From an uncultured Candidatus Saccharibacteria bacterium (GTDB lineage Bacteria > Patescibacteriota > Minisyncoccia > UBA6257 > 1-14-0-10-44-23): a stretch of DNA of 64,000 nt. Numbering within the stretch: the stretch's first letter is position 1; each line of letters starts with the position of its first letter. The stretch is from positions 121,336 to 185,335 of the forward strand of contig CAZJVT010000002.1 of assembly GCA_964549935.1 (NCBI GenBank). Direction: 5' to 3'. This document shows, one piece after another, positions 17,218-27,742 of the stretch. A model generated the notes under the pieces. It was not told the DNA's origin, searched no databases, and saw only the letters and a program-made list of their open reading frames with translations. Made by a program: the position numbers and the translations under genes.

Positions 17218-18534
17218 TTAAGCTTTTTTCTCCGCGACCTTCTTTTCGTGCACAAAGATTTCAAGCAGTGTGCGCGTTACGGTAATCGCCGTAAACATCG
17301 AGACGATAACTCCGAGCAGGAGTGAGAGCGCGAAGCCTCGGATAAAGCTCGAGGTAAATCCGTACAGCACCAGCGAGGTGATCATCGTGGTGATATTTGA
17401 ATCACGGATTGACGGCCAGGCGCGGCGAAAACCCTCCATGATGGCGGCGGTCTTAGTAATTCCCTTCTTGAGCTCCTCTTTACTGCGCTCGAAAATAAGA
17501 ATGTTGGCGTCGACGGCCATACCGATAGAAAGCACGATACCGGCGATACCGGCGAGCGTCATCGTGATACCAAGTAGCTTGGTAATAGCGAGAAGCAAGA
17601 CGATATAGATAACGAGTGCGATTGAGGCGAAGATACCGAGCTTGCGGTAGTAGATGAGCATGAAGAGCATAATAATAGCTGTACCGATAAGACCGGCGAA
17701 GAGCGTTTTGTCTAAGCTGTCGGTACCAAGCGTGGCACCAATCGTCTGCTGACTAACAAGCTTAATCGGAGCAGCAAGAGCGCCGTCCTTAAAGCGGCTG
17801 ACGAGCTGCTGGGCCTCGGCAACGGTAAACTGACCGGTTATTTGCGCCTTACCGCCGCTGATCTTTTCGTTGACAGTTGGAGCAGTCAAAATCTGACCGT
17901 CGACATAAATCGCGACGCGCTTGCCGACATTTTTACCGGTCAAATCAGCAAACATTTTCGCCCCGGTGTCGTCGAATTCTAAGAAAACCTCTGGACGGTG
18001 TGTGACGTTGTCGAAGTTGAGCGTCGCGCTCTTGACGTAGCGACCGGTCAGCTCGGTCGGGACAAACCCCGGAGTTGGGGCGCCGCTGCTGGTTGGCAGG
18101 TCAATCACGCGACCGTCTTCAGTCGTGGCTTTGATAGAAGCACCCGGAGCGCTGACCATTCCTTCCTCTGCAAAAACGAGGAACGGCGTCTGACCAATCT
18201 GTGCGATGGCGGCGGAGGTGTCTTTAATGCCGGCGATATCCACGATGAGTCGGTAGGTGTCGCCCTGCTTGGCGGTTAAAACCTGCGGCTCACGAACGCC
18301 GGTGGAGTTAACGCGGGCTTCGATACGATCGCGGATACCGGAAACGACGTCGGCGCGGTCAGTGGCCGCGACACCGGTCATATCAACTTCGTAAACTAAA
18401 TGACTACCGCCGACGAGGTCGAGACCAAGACGCCACGGGCGGGTCTCACCCCAAAAGCTCGGGTGTAAAAAAAATACTCCTAATACAGAAACGACCGTCA
18501 CGATACCAATGAGTGCAAGTGCTCCTTTACGCAT
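17218..18534 (-). CDS. secD: Protein translocase subunit SecD
   Basis: LGLDLVGGSHLVYEV; C-terminal TM bundle; immediately upstream of secF. Confidence 0.9.
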   Translation of the reverse strand: MRKGALALIGIVTVVSVLGVFFLHPSFWGETRPWRLGLDLVGGSHLVYEVDMTGVAATDRADVVSGIRDRIEARVNSTGVREPQVLTAKQGDTYRLIVDIAGIKDTSAAIAQIGQTPFLVFAEEGMVSAPGASIKATTEDGRVIDLPTSSGAPTPGFVPTELTGRYVKSATLNFDNVTHRPEVFLEFDDTGAKMFADLTGKNVGKRVAIYVDGQILTAPTVNEKISGGKAQITGQFTVAEAQQLVSRFKDGALAAPIKLVSQQTIGATLGTDSLDKTLFAGLIGTAIIMLFMLIYYRKLGIFASIALVIYIVLLLAITKLLGITMTLAGIAGIVLSIGMAVDANILIFERSKEELKKGITKTAAIMEGFRRAWPSIRDSNITTMITSLVLYGFTSSFIRGFALSLLLGVIVSMFTAITVTRTLLEIFVHEKKVAEKKA

Positions 18535-18765
18535 GCAAGTAAGGGTTAATGAGTATTAAATAGTACGAGAAACAATAGAGAGCAGTGTACTGAAAAAAGG
18601 CTTGTTTAGCAAGGAGCTTTACTGGATATAATTCTTATTGTATTATCTAACAATCGAAAACGCCTCTATGGCGACTTGCTAGTCTTGTCGCTCATGGTTG
18701 CGATTGCATCGCATTGATAACCGCCGCCAAAGGCGGCTCGCGATAAGTTTGTCGAGATAGTAGCG

Positions 18766-18838
18766 CCCCTATAGCTCAGTGGTAGAGCAACGGACTTTTA
18801 ATCCGCTGATGATGGTTCGATTCCATCTGGGGGCACCA
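18766..18838 (+). tRNA. tRNA-Lys (anticodon TTT)
   Basis: Acceptor gccccta/tgggggc; D-arm tagctcagtggtagagc; anticodon loop cTTTTaa; T-arm gatgg-ttcgatt-ccatc; encoded CCA. Confidence 0.85.
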
Positions 18839-19041
18839 GCATAGAAGAATTTACCCCCGATGATCCATTGAGCCAGTAAACAAGGGATAATTTGGCGGTT
18901 CTAAATTTCTCCCCGTCAAATTTGATTTTTCCGAAAAAATCTGTTTCTGGAACCGTAGGCGGTCAGGATGCTTCAATTTCTACCACTTAGCTACGGTGTT
19001 CCTAGGTATAACCTTTGACGTAGGTAGTTGCGGAGGGTAGG

Positions 19042-19359
19042 ATGCATTTTATGGGGTCATTCTTTAGCTCAGTCAGTAGCGGCGTCCTAGTAGCCATTGT
19101 AGTGGCTGTATTCGGCTTAGGAACAGTCACGGTAAGGATTGTCAGCGGCCCCGCCAAGCAAGCTTCTAAAATCGGGGACCGTCTTATTGGCGCCGCCTGG
19201 ATTATGATGATTCTAGGTGCCGTTTTATTTGGTTCCCATCAGGGCCAATTCGTAAACCTGGGCGCCAATGATATTTATGCAATGCTCGGAGCTGATTTGA
19301 TGGGTCTTAGTATTTTTTTCTGGTGCGCTGGTAAGCTCAGCCGGTTATTTTTCCGATAA
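19042..19359 (+). CDS. Small hypothetical membrane protein
   Basis: Three predicted TM segments; lies just downstream of tRNA-Lys. Confidence 0.45.
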   Translation: MHFMGSFFSSVSSGVLVAIVVAVFGLGTVTVRIVSGPAKQASKIGDRLIGAAWIMMILGAVLFGSHQGQFVNLGANDIYAMLGADLMGLSIFFWCAGKLSRLFFR

Positions 19360-19363
19360 AGAC

Positions 19364-20239
19364 ATGACTGATAATACGCAGAAACAGCAAGGTAAAAATC
19401 CGTTAAAGACCGAGCTGGATGAGTCGCATGCTGCGAGAATCAAAAAGCTCAGGGACCAGGAACCGCAGCTTGCTATATTTCTCCAGAGACACCCTGACGC
19501 TCCCGCTGAACAACGCGAAAAGGATAAAATGGCCATCGCGATAGAAATTACACGCCTGGAGGCGATTCTTGAAGGCGTCGCCCCCTTCGTTTACAAGATT
19601 CGCGGATTGATTCCCGATATGCTTGCAGAGACAAAAATTGCAGCCAGCTATTTCATCTTCGGAAAAATATTGCAGAGTTTACAGGCCATATTCGTACTTG
19701 CGAGAGGTGGTTTCCACTATGAATGCATGGAACTTATCCGCTCTATAACAGAATCAAGTGACTTAATATTTTTATTCATGTCAGGCAATGATGAGTCTGC
19801 CGATTTGAAAAAGTGGTTTTCGGGTGGGATTGTTGCAAACGAAAAGGCCCGATTAGCAATGGAAAAATTCATGAATGAGCAAGCCGCTAAGGCAGGCGTG
19901 ATCTTGCCTGTAGGTCCAATGATGGCCGGCATCTATGGGGGTCTATCAAAATACACCCACATTTCTTACGGCGCCCTCCTTGATTCATACGACCTATATA
20001 AAAAGGATTTTGATTTCGGAAGGCAGGCGGGGCACCACTATACACAGCAAAGCAGTTTGCCGTATACAGCAGATGTACTTAACGCAACGATTGTTGCGCT
20101 CAAATTTTTCTATCACTCGCTAAATGATTCGGCTACTTTCGCAGAGCTAGACGCCGCTCTAAGAAAGATTGCCCCAGAAATGTACGACCCTGAGCGGATT
20201 GAAGAGCTTACCAAGCGCACGCTAGAGAGATTCTCCTAG
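19364..20239 (+). CDS. Hypothetical protein (291 aa)
   Basis: Long ORF with backbone-like composition and no recognised motif; sits between tRNA-Lys and a high-GC cassette. Confidence 0.5.
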   Translation: MTDNTQKQQGKNPLKTELDESHAARIKKLRDQEPQLAIFLQRHPDAPAEQREKDKMAIAIEITRLEAILEGVAPFVYKIRGLIPDMLAETKIAASYFIFGKILQSLQAIFVLARGGFHYECMELIRSITESSDLIFLFMSGNDESADLKKWFSGGIVANEKARLAMEKFMNEQAAKAGVILPVGPMMAGIYGGLSKYTHISYGALLDSYDLYKKDFDFGRQAGHHYTQQSSLPYTADVLNATIVALKFFYHSLNDSATFAELDAALRKIAPEMYDPERIEELTKRTLERFS

Positions 20240-20351
20240 AGCACATGGACTGGACATTTGTCTCAAAATAGTTTATTATCCTGCCTACGGTTTCGTTGGC
20301 ATTTTCGGCATGTGCCGAAGTGTTGCAACGAGCCAGACAAGGAGAGAAGCG

Positions 20352-20837
20352 ATGATGAAACGTTTCGGACCGCCCTACCTGACGAAAGGCTCCGATGGAC
20401 CGTTCGTTCTGGCGATGCAGATCGCCATCAAGGCCGCGATGATGCCGCACGAGGCGGCGCTCAACATCATCTGCGATGGCGAGTTCGGCGACATGACCGA
20501 GCTCGGCGTCAAGTGTCTCCAGTCCAACCTCGGCTTCGAGGGAAGCGGCGTCGACGGCTGCTTCGGGCCGAGGACCAGGGACGCGTTCTTCCAGAAGTAC
20601 GGGATCGACTTCAACTCGATGCCCTACGGCATCTTCGCCGGAGAGACCACCTGGTTCAACGGAGACAAGAACATGGGCGTCTGGACCGGCGAGATCGCGG
20701 AAGACCCGCGCCGGCCCTGCCGCTGCAGTGCCCCGTTCTTCCTCCACGACGAGGACGGGATTCCGGATCAGTGCTCGGGGTTCAAGGAGCCCGAGCAGGC
20801 CGCCACCTCCGGCAGCACCAACTGCGGGGGTCTGTAG
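20352..20837 (+). CDS. Peptidoglycan-binding-domain (PG_binding_1-like) protein; high-GC cassette gene
   Basis: AAGGAGAG ribosome-binding site then ATGATG. Motif DGEFGDMTELGVKCLQSNLGFEGSGVDGCFGPRTRDAFFQKYG. GC much higher than its flanks. Start refined from the track ORF 20310. Confidence 0.55.
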   Translation: MMKRFGPPYLTKGSDGPFVLAMQIAIKAAMMPHEAALNIICDGEFGDMTELGVKCLQSNLGFEGSGVDGCFGPRTRDAFFQKYGIDFNSMPYGIFAGETTWFNGDKNMGVWTGEIAEDPRRPCRCSAPFFLHDEDGIPDQCSGFKEPEQAATSGSTNCGGL

Positions 20838-20974
20838 GCCATGGAGGCGCTCGAGAGGAACCCCGACCCGCCTCCCGGCGGTCATGACCACTCGACGGGC
20901 AAGCACGTGAACTAGCCCGTCTCCAACGCCCGGCGCCACGGCAGCGCAAGCTGTCGTGCGCGCCGGGCCGCAAT

Positions 20975-21235
20975 TCGCCCCTACCTCGCCCAACCGTGAG
21001 GAGGGGCGTCGTAGTTTTTGCCCTTACTGCATCCCTAAAGCCCCGCGTCAGGGGCTTATATAATGATCAGTAAGGGCACACCCGGCGATTATGTATTCAT
21101 AAGCGGTAAGGGTGCTTCAAATAGTTTGCATCCTTAAGCGCCGCTTCAGGCGCTTTTTAAATTGAGGAGCGAGGAGCGCACCCGACGATTGCGTACTCGC
21201 AATCGGAAAGGGTGTTTCCATGCCCACGTACTCCG
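20975..21235. repeat. Composite cassette-end repeat: hairpin, TTTTTGCCC, U1 (reversed), U2, U3, U2
   Basis: tttttgcccttactgcatccctaaagccccgcgtcaggggctt...gcacacccggcgattatgtattcataagcggtaagggtg...gcatccttaagcgccgcttcaggcgcttttt...gcgcacccgacgattgcgtactcgcaatcggaaagggtgtttcc. The modules recur at 16134, 43864, 45971 and 46755. Confidence 0.6.
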
Positions 21236-21264
21236 TATCACTTTACCAAACTAAAGTGCCACCA

Positions 21265-22371
21265 TTAACTCACCTCCCCCTCTGACTCCTCGAGCAATTT
21301 TCGTAACTTGCCACTCACCTTCTTCGGCGTCTTTACTTCGAACTGGACATACAAGTCACCATGGTTGCGCCCGCCAAATCGCGGCATACCTTTTCCGGAA
21401 ACACGAAGTGTCTCGCTCAAATTAAATCCGCTTGGAATTTCTACGGTCGTTATCCCGCCGGCAATCACCGGCACCTCAACTTTTTTACCCAGCAAAATCT
21501 CCATTACTCCGAGCGTCTGGCGAATATACAAATCATCTCCCTCGCGGCGGAATACTTTGTTCGGTACAACGCGAATCTGGACGTATAGGTCGCCACTGCG
21601 CGCACCACGCTCGCCCGCCTCACCGGCTCCAGTGATTTTAATCAGCTGGCCGTCAGAAACGCCGGCAACTATTTCGATCTGCAAAGTGCGGGTCGCTGAC
21701 ACGCGGCCAACGCCTTTACACCCCTCGCACATCTTGTTTGGAATCTCGCCACGGCCTGCGCACTTCGAACACGCTTTCGACTGTGCAAAAGTACCAAAGA
21801 CTGTGCGGCGCGTCTCGCGAACCTCGCCCGCTCCTTTACAAACGTCACACTGTTTTACGCCGGCGGACTTTTCGTAACCCACTCCCTTACACGTACCACA
21901 CGAATCAAACGTTTTAAACTTTAACTCCTTCGTCACTCCCGTGTACGCCTCCTCGAGAGTGATTTCTTGAGTAATTTGTAAATCACTACCGCTTAAGTCG
22001 CGTGCCCGCGGACCGCCGCGACGGCGCCCACCGCCGAAAAATGTTTCAAAAATATCGCCGACGTCGCCAAGGTCGTCCATATTGATGCCGTTTACATCAA
22101 AACCAAATCCGCCCTGGCCGAAGCCGCCAAAGCCCGCTCCCTGCCCGCCAAAACCGGCGCCGGCAGCGCCGGCTTTACCAAAACGGTCGTACTGGGCGCG
22201 CTTCTCTTTATCCGACAAAACCTGATAGGCCTCGTTGATTTCTTTAAACTTTTTTTCATCACCCCCCTCTTTATCCGGGTGGTGTTGATGTGCCAGCTTC
22301 CTAAAAGCCTTTTTTATCTCATCCTCGCTGGCGGTTTTGCTGACTCCAAGTAGTTCGTAGTAGTCGGCCAT
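21265..22371 (-). CDS. dnaJ: Chaperone DnaJ
   Basis: J-domain with HPD; Gly/Phe-rich region; four CxxCxGxG zinc repeats. Confidence 0.9.
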   Translation of the reverse strand: MADYYELLGVSKTASEDEIKKAFRKLAHQHHPDKEGGDEKKFKEINEAYQVLSDKEKRAQYDRFGKAGAAGAGFGGQGAGFGGFGQGGFGFDVNGINMDDLGDVGDIFETFFGGGRRRGGPRARDLSGSDLQITQEITLEEAYTGVTKELKFKTFDSCGTCKGVGYEKSAGVKQCDVCKGAGEVRETRRTVFGTFAQSKACSKCAGRGEIPNKMCEGCKGVGRVSATRTLQIEIVAGVSDGQLIKITGAGEAGERGARSGDLYVQIRVVPNKVFRREGDDLYIRQTLGVMEILLGKKVEVPVIAGGITTVEIPSGFNLSETLRVSGKGMPRFGGRNHGDLYVQFEVKTPKKVSGKLRKLLEESEGEVS

Positions 22372-22524
22372 AAATTAACGATGCAAATATACAAATGTAT
22401 ACTAATAATACGAATGGGCTGCAGAGGTGCAACTATATCTTAAAATACATCTCTTATCAAATAAACGCTGCAGCAACATTCATTGTGCTTTGCGCATTCG
22501 CACCCATTCGTATATTGGCATCGT

Positions 22525-23562
22525 TTATTTAATAAGTAATATCTCTTTCGGGCGCGATTCCGAACCGATGCTGATCACGCCGACAGAGAACAAAAGCGTG
22601 TATAGCAAATAGGTCAGGGCTAAAACCGGGAGTTTCACAATGATCAAAATGCTGCGCAGAGAGAAAGCCGCAAGTAAAAGCGCGAGTAGCGCCGCGGGCG
22701 CTCCCAGCCCAAGCGTATTCACCTTATCAAGTCCGAGCTGCAAAATGCGATAAGCATACTCGCCGATCGTTTCGTTTGGAGCGACGGGAATGCCGACCTG
22801 TTCGCCAATACGATCAAGTACGCCCTGTGTCGTGAGCTGCTCGGCTGCGCCTTGTTGGGCCACCGACAAAGCGGCAAACTGCGCCTGATTCAAAAGCTGC
22901 TTACGTACGTATTCACTTACAGCGTCATGCACTTTCGTATTTACCGTTACCGGAAAGTTGAGGGCATAGCTAATTGGCCTTTCCGCTCCTTTAAAAATCA
23001 ATTCGAATGTCGATTGCGGAACACCGCCTGCCGCTTGGTACAGGCCGATAGTAAATACCGCGGCAAAAACGGTAAAGGCTGTAAAAAATGAAGCATCGAA
23101 GGCGCTCGCGTATTTAAAAAACCTAATTTGCATTCCCTCATCAAACGTCGATCGCGCGGCGATGTATCCCCGAACGATGAAGGCGAAAAATAAAGCGGCG
23201 GCGGCAATAAACCAGCCGCTAATACCGACATAGAAAGAGAAAAGGACTGCGGCTGACTGTGCAGCAACGAGGACAATATTCCAAAACCTGCTCACAACTA
23301 ATATGGACTGCATAATCATCAGCGAAGCAAGGCAAACTGCTGCTGCGGCGATAACGCCGGCAGTCCCAAAGTTCGGAATATCTAAAAATCCGCGGATACT
23401 TATGCTAAACCAAATCGCGCAGGCAACGCCCAAAACACCAAAAATGCTTGCGTACAAGAAATCATGATCGACGCCGGCGCTAGCGACTTCAGAACTGATT
23501 TTCTGAGCCCCCTCGACGCTGTCGTCTTGCAGACCGCGCATTCGGATAAGCGGATTTTCCAT
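22525..23562 (-). CDS. Multi-pass membrane protein, hypothetical, lying within the dnaK operon
   Basis: Six or more hydrophobic helices; no recognised motif. Confidence 0.5.
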   Translation of the reverse strand: MENPLIRMRGLQDDSVEGAQKISSEVASAGVDHDFLYASIFGVLGVACAIWFSISIRGFLDIPNFGTAGVIAAAAVCLASLMIMQSILVVSRFWNIVLVAAQSAAVLFSFYVGISGWFIAAAALFFAFIVRGYIAARSTFDEGMQIRFFKYASAFDASFFTAFTVFAAVFTIGLYQAAGGVPQSTFELIFKGAERPISYALNFPVTVNTKVHDAVSEYVRKQLLNQAQFAALSVAQQGAAEQLTTQGVLDRIGEQVGIPVAPNETIGEYAYRILQLGLDKVNTLGLGAPAALLALLLAAFSLRSILIIVKLPVLALTYLLYTLLFSVGVISIGSESRPKEILLIK

Positions 23563-23656
23563 ATAGTTAGTATACCCTAGATGGAAACGTTCCGGGCGAC
23601 GCAGTAGCGTCGCCCGGCCGATCTCTCTATCCTAAATACTATCTACTAACTCCTGT

Positions 23657-25525
23657 CTACTGCCCCTTCGGCTGCTCACCCTCCGGCGGCGCTCCCGCCT
23701 CCGGACCGGCAGCTCCCGGCTGTGCGCCACCCTGCATCGCCGGACCCATTTTCTGGAGTTCGGCTCCAAGCGCATCAATTTCTTTTTTGATTCCATCAGC
23801 AGTACCGGTCTCGCGCGCAGTCTTTAAATCAGCAATGCGCTTGGTAATCGAGTCCTTAAGTTCGCCCGGCACCTTGTCGCCGCCATCCTTCAAAGCTTTT
23901 TCGGCAGTATAGATAAGCTGCTCGGCGTGGTTACGCGCCTCAGCCAATTCTTTTTTCTGCTTGTCGGCCTCGCGGTTAGCTTCGGCATCACGCTTCAACT
24001 TTTCAATCTCATCTTTGGAAAGTGCGGTCGAGGCCTCGATCTTAACTGTCTGCACTTTACCAGAGGTCTTGTCTTTCGCCGAAACTGAAACGATACCGTT
24101 AGCATCAATGTCAAAAGAAACCTCAACCTGCGGCATACCGCGTGGCGCCGGCGGAATCCCGTCGAGGATAAATCGAGCGAGCGTCTTGTTGTCCGCAGCC
24201 ATCTCACGCTCTCCCTGGAGCACGTGGATTTCTACCGAAGTCTGATTGTCCGCGGCGGTTGAGAAGACCTGACTCTTGGTCGTCGGGACGGTTGTGTTGC
24301 GCTCAATGAGCTTGGTCGAAACGCCTCCAAGTGTTTCGATACCGAGTGAGAGCGGTGTAACGTCGAGCAGCAGCACGTCTTTGACGTCGCCCTGCAAAAT
24401 ACCAGCCTGCACTGCAGCACCGGCGGCGACAACCTCGTCCGGGTTGATACCCAGGTGCGGCTCCTTGCCAAAAAATTTCTGGACAGCGGCCTGCATCGCC
24501 GGCATACGAGTCTGACCACCAACGAGAATCACCTCGTTAATATCGGCGACTTTAAAACCGGAGTCGTTCAAAACTTTTTCAACGATTTTAATCGAGAGCG
24601 CGATTTCGTTACCCACGAGCTCCTCGAGCTTGGCGCGCGTCATCTTCATCAAAAGATGCTTCGGCCCACTGGCATCAGAGGTTATATAAGGAATGTTGAT
24701 TTCGGTTTCGATTGAAGTCGAAAGCTCGTGCTTCGCACGCTCGGCCGCCTCCTTTAAGCGCTGGACCGCGAGAGCGTCTTTGCTGACATCAATACCGTCC
24801 TGCTTCTTATACTCCGCGGCGATGTACTCCTGAATCTTCTTATCAAAGTCGTCACCACCGAGGTGTGTGTCACCACCGGTCGCCTTAACCTCAACGACGT
24901 CGTCGCCTACTTCAAGCACTGAAACGTCAAAGGTTCCGCCACCGAAGTCGTAGACGACAATCTTTTCATTTTTCTTTTTGTTAAAACCGTAGGCGAGCGC
25001 GGCGGCAGTCGGCTCGTTGATGATGCGCTTTACGGTGAGCCCGGCGATTTCACCGGCGTTCTTCGTCGCCTGACGCTGACCGTCATCGAAGTAAGCCGGC
25101 ACGGTGATGACGGCTTCGGTAACCGGTTCGCCAAGACGCGCCTCGGCGTCGGCCTTAAGCTTGCCAAGCACCATGGCCGAGATCTCCTCCGGCGTATACC
25201 ACTTGTCACCCATCTTCACGTCCACACCACCATTCGCTGAAGCTTTGATCTCATACGGCAACCACTTCGCGTCACGAGCAACCTCCGGGTCGCTAAACTT
25301 ACGGCCGATGAGGCGCTTAACTGAAAAGATGGTGTTCTTCGGATTCGTCACCGACTGGCGCTTGGCCAGCAAACCGACGACGCGCTCGTTCGTTTTTGAA
25401 ACTGCGACGATTGACGGCGTAGTGCGATTACCCTCCGCATTTTCTAAAATTTTTGGCGCACCGCCCTCCATGACGGCAACCGCCGAGTTTGTCGTTCCCA
25501 AGTCGATACCAATAATTTTTCCCAT
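23657..25525 (-). CDS. dnaK: Chaperone DnaK (Hsp70)
   Basis: [22 protein letters not shown] and the rest of the Hsp70 architecture. Confidence 0.95.
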   Translation of the reverse strand: MGKIIGIDLGTTNSAVAVMEGGAPKILENAEGNRTTPSIVAVSKTNERVVGLLAKRQSVTNPKNTIFSVKRLIGRKFSDPEVARDAKWLPYEIKASANGGVDVKMGDKWYTPEEISAMVLGKLKADAEARLGEPVTEAVITVPAYFDDGQRQATKNAGEIAGLTVKRIINEPTAAALAYGFNKKKNEKIVVYDFGGGTFDVSVLEVGDDVVEVKATGGDTHLGGDDFDKKIQEYIAAEYKKQDGIDVSKDALAVQRLKEAAERAKHELSTSIETEINIPYITSDASGPKHLLMKMTRAKLEELVGNEIALSIKIVEKVLNDSGFKVADINEVILVGGQTRMPAMQAAVQKFFGKEPHLGINPDEVVAAGAAVQAGILQGDVKDVLLLDVTPLSLGIETLGGVSTKLIERNTTVPTTKSQVFSTAADNQTSVEIHVLQGEREMAADNKTLARFILDGIPPAPRGMPQVEVSFDIDANGIVSVSAKDKTSGKVQTVKIEASTALSKDEIEKLKRDAEANREADKQKKELAEARNHAEQLIYTAEKALKDGGDKVPGELKDSITKRIADLKTARETGTADGIKKEIDALGAELQKMGPAMQGGAQPGAAGPEAGAPPEGEQPKGQ

Positions 25526-25561
25526 AGTGTTGTAAATATATAGTACAGTTTTTTGACCTTT

Positions 25562-26065
25562 TTATTTCACCAATTTTACTTTCGCCGCTCGGATAACTCT
25601 GCCTTCCATTTCGTACCCTGCAACCAACTCTTCTAAAATCTTGCCGGAGAGATTCTCACTATCCGGAGGTGCGTCTACCTCCATCATCGCCTCATGCTTA
25701 CTCGGATCAAACATATCTCCTTTCGCGACTGCGATTTTTTCGACACCCAAGCGTTTCAGAATTTCCAAAAATTGACTTTGAATCAGCGCAACGCCCTTGA
25801 CCGCCGGGTCATCTTTTTTGAATGTTGCGAGAGCAAAGCCAACGCTATCGAGCACGGGTAACAACTCACGAACCATCCGGACACTCGCGTAACCAGCCGC
25901 TTCGTCAAACCGCTTTGCTTCGTCTTTTTTATAGTTTACAAAATCTGCCTGGGCGCGCTTCCAACCGTTTAAATACTCATCGCGCTTTGCCTCGGCTTCT
26001 TGCAGCTTGGCCGCAAACTCATTTGCGGCGTCAGGCTGGGCCTGGTTGTTTTGATCGTCGCTCAT
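25562..26065 (-). CDS. grpE: Nucleotide exchange factor GrpE
   Basis: Coiled-coil N-terminus plus GrpE C-terminal domain; directly upstream of dnaK. Confidence 0.85.
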   Translation of the reverse strand: MSDDQNNQAQPDAANEFAAKLQEAEAKRDEYLNGWKRAQADFVNYKKDEAKRFDEAAGYASVRMVRELLPVLDSVGFALATFKKDDPAVKGVALIQSQFLEILKRLGVEKIAVAKGDMFDPSKHEAMMEVDAPPDSENLSGKILEELVAGYEMEGRVIRAAKVKLVK

Positions 26066-26153
26066 AGTTTTAGTGCTTCTATTTTAGTCGAGTTTGCACC
26101 TCTGTCAACCGTCCTACACAGCCAATTCCCCGAAGTACGAGTATAATGTACAT

Positions 26154-27065
26154 ATGCGCTCACTCAAAGGCAAAAATATTACCTGGTACGACATCGTCAA
26201 ACCAAACGACGAGGATCTGGCCGAAATCGTCAAAGTCCACCCGCTCCACCCGATTATCGTCGAGGAGCTCGCTCATCAAAGCAACCGAACTCGCATTGAA
26301 CACTACGGCGACTATTTATTTTTGGTCTACCACTTCCCTGAATACGACCCGGTGACCAAAACCAGCCGCCGCACCGAACTCGACTTCGTCATCACGAAAA
26401 ATAAAATCATCACCGTCCACTACGAGCCGCTTAAACAGCTCGACGGTCTTTTCGATTACCTCGGCAAAGATGCAAAAGAGCGCGCTCGTATTCTTTCCGG
26501 CGACACGCTGCTTGGCACCTATTATATTTTCGAACGCCTTATCGCCTTCAGCCTTCGCCAACTGCGCCACATCGAAGAAGAGGTCGCTAAAATCGGCGCC
26601 AACATCTTTACTGACCGCGAAGAAGAACTGCTACGCGACATTTCGACGATCAAGCGTGACATTATTGATTTCCGCCTCATCACCCACTCACAGGAGCACT
26701 TCTTAAACACGCTGCGTGAACTCGGCGAACGCTTCTGGGGCAAGAAGAGCGAGATTTATATGAACGACCTGGTCAACGACAACCAGCCGGTTCACCGCAA
26801 TATCGAAAACTACTACGAAACGATTGAGTCACTGGAAAGCACCAATGGCCAACTGCTTGATGCAAAAACCAACCGCATCATCAAACGCTTCACCGTCGGC
26901 GCGTTCCTCTTTTCAATTCCGCTCTACTTCGTCTTCTACTCCGAGTTTTCGTATATCCACGCCATCTTTGCAGCAACTCCGCTGGCGTTTTGGACCTCGT
27001 TTGTCGTTATTCACAGCGTCGTGATAACGCTTTGGTTTGTTTTCAAAAAACGGAAAATTATATAG
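26154..27065 (+). CDS. CorA-family divalent cation transporter-like protein lacking the canonical GMN motif
   Basis: Cytoplasmic N-domain plus two C-terminal TM helices. KRFTVGAFLFSIPLYFVFYSEFSYI occupies the place of ...PLTFIAGIYGMNF. Start placed at MRSLKG, with TATAAT 6 nt upstream. Confidence 0.6.
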   Translation: MRSLKGKNITWYDIVKPNDEDLAEIVKVHPLHPIIVEELAHQSNRTRIEHYGDYLFLVYHFPEYDPVTKTSRRTELDFVITKNKIITVHYEPLKQLDGLFDYLGKDAKERARILSGDTLLGTYYIFERLIAFSLRQLRHIEEEVAKIGANIFTDREEELLRDISTIKRDIIDFRLITHSQEHFLNTLRELGERFWGKKSEIYMNDLVNDNQPVHRNIENYYETIESLESTNGQLLDAKTNRIIKRFTVGAFLFSIPLYFVFYSEFSYIHAIFAATPLAFWTSFVVIHSVVITLWFVFKKRKII

Positions 27066-27170
27066 TGTTCACGAACATACGAACTCTCGAAACACACTAA
27101 CGGGAGTGAGATTTTTGTTCGCATGATTAGTGTGTTTGTATGTTAGCGATTACTATAAAAAACACATAGC
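27066..27170. repeat. About 105-bp dispersed MITE-like repeat, copy 2
   Basis: tatagtgttcacgaacatacgaactc...gtatgttagcgattacta; matches 11929..12034. Confidence 0.6.
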
Positions 27171-27232
27171 CGCCCGACACGACTAGAGGTGTTGGACGGC
27201 TTAGATTGCGAAGTGTCGGGTAGAACTAGCGG

Positions 27233-27670
27233 TCACTCGGGAACGAGCCTGGTGAAGTGGCCGTCGGAGGCGACGACGCCTTCGGGGCGAAGCGCCAGAA
27301 CCCAGTCGACGACCCTGATGAAGACCGGGAACTCTTCCCATGCCTGCGAGAAGAGTCTGTGTCTATACCAGAGGTCAACGATCACGTAGTGACAGGAAAC
27401 GGATGCCGCGGACTTGTAGGAATACGGATGCTCTTTGGTCCCGTACCCTACGACATAGTTCACTTGATCACCCCCGCTGTATGGCCGCGAGTCATACCGT
27501 CCATCGTCCGGGTTCGGTTCGAGGACGGTGATGCCGTCTTCCTTGGAGAGGTGGATCGGACCGGCCTTGCGCCGGGCTTCAGCGAACGAGAAGTCTCTAC
27601 TCATGTCTCCCTCCCGGAGCATGGCCGGACAATACCGGCATTGGTGTTTTCTACCCGAATTTGGGTGCAT
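27233..27670 (-). CDS. Hypothetical protein; high-GC cassette gene, leaderless
   Basis: High-GC ORF MHPNSGRKHQCRYCP... directly downstream of a perfect promoter. Terminator hairpin cccgacac...gtgtcggg plus T-tract at 27164-27215. Confidence 0.5.
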   Translation of the reverse strand: MHPNSGRKHQCRYCPAMLREGDMSRDFSFAEARRKAGPIHLSKEDGITVLEPNPDDGRYDSRPYSGGDQVNYVVGYGTKEHPYSYKSAASVSCHYVIVDLWYRHRLFSQAWEEFPVFIRVVDWVLALRPEGVVASDGHFTRLVPE

Positions 27671-27672
27671 AT

Positions 27673-27701
27673 ATTATACACCCATTTATCTATTTTGTCA
27701 A
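27673..27701 (-). promoter_or_regulatory. Consensus promoter TTGACA-17-TATAAT, with the -10 element 2 nt from the ATG (leaderless)
   Basis: Minus-strand sense TTGACAaaatagataaatgggtgTATAATatATG. It shares the TTGACAAAATAG -35 context with the promoter at 16042..16071. Confidence 0.55.
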
Positions 27702-27742
27702 TCCCCCTGCCCTAAGTTTTCTTTTTCTAGTAAACTAGATAC

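Noticed and set aside
20208-20993. Long ORFs in several frames across the high-GC islands, e.g. 20208..20993(-), 20258..20887(+), 15440..16036(+), 15274..15675(-), 47068..47697(-), 47108..47605(-), 47337..47822(+), 46179..46517(-), 46241..46477(-)
   Set aside because: Arg/Ala/Gly-rich low-complexity translations are typical of wrong frames in GC-rich DNA. The frame carrying recognisable motifs, or a ribosome-binding site and promoter, was preferred.
18840-21260. Integrase or recombinase next to tRNA-Lys or tRNA-Glu
   Set aside because: No ORF with tyrosine- or serine-recombinase motifs was recognisable near either tRNA, and no duplicated tRNA 3'-end att repeat was found by eye.
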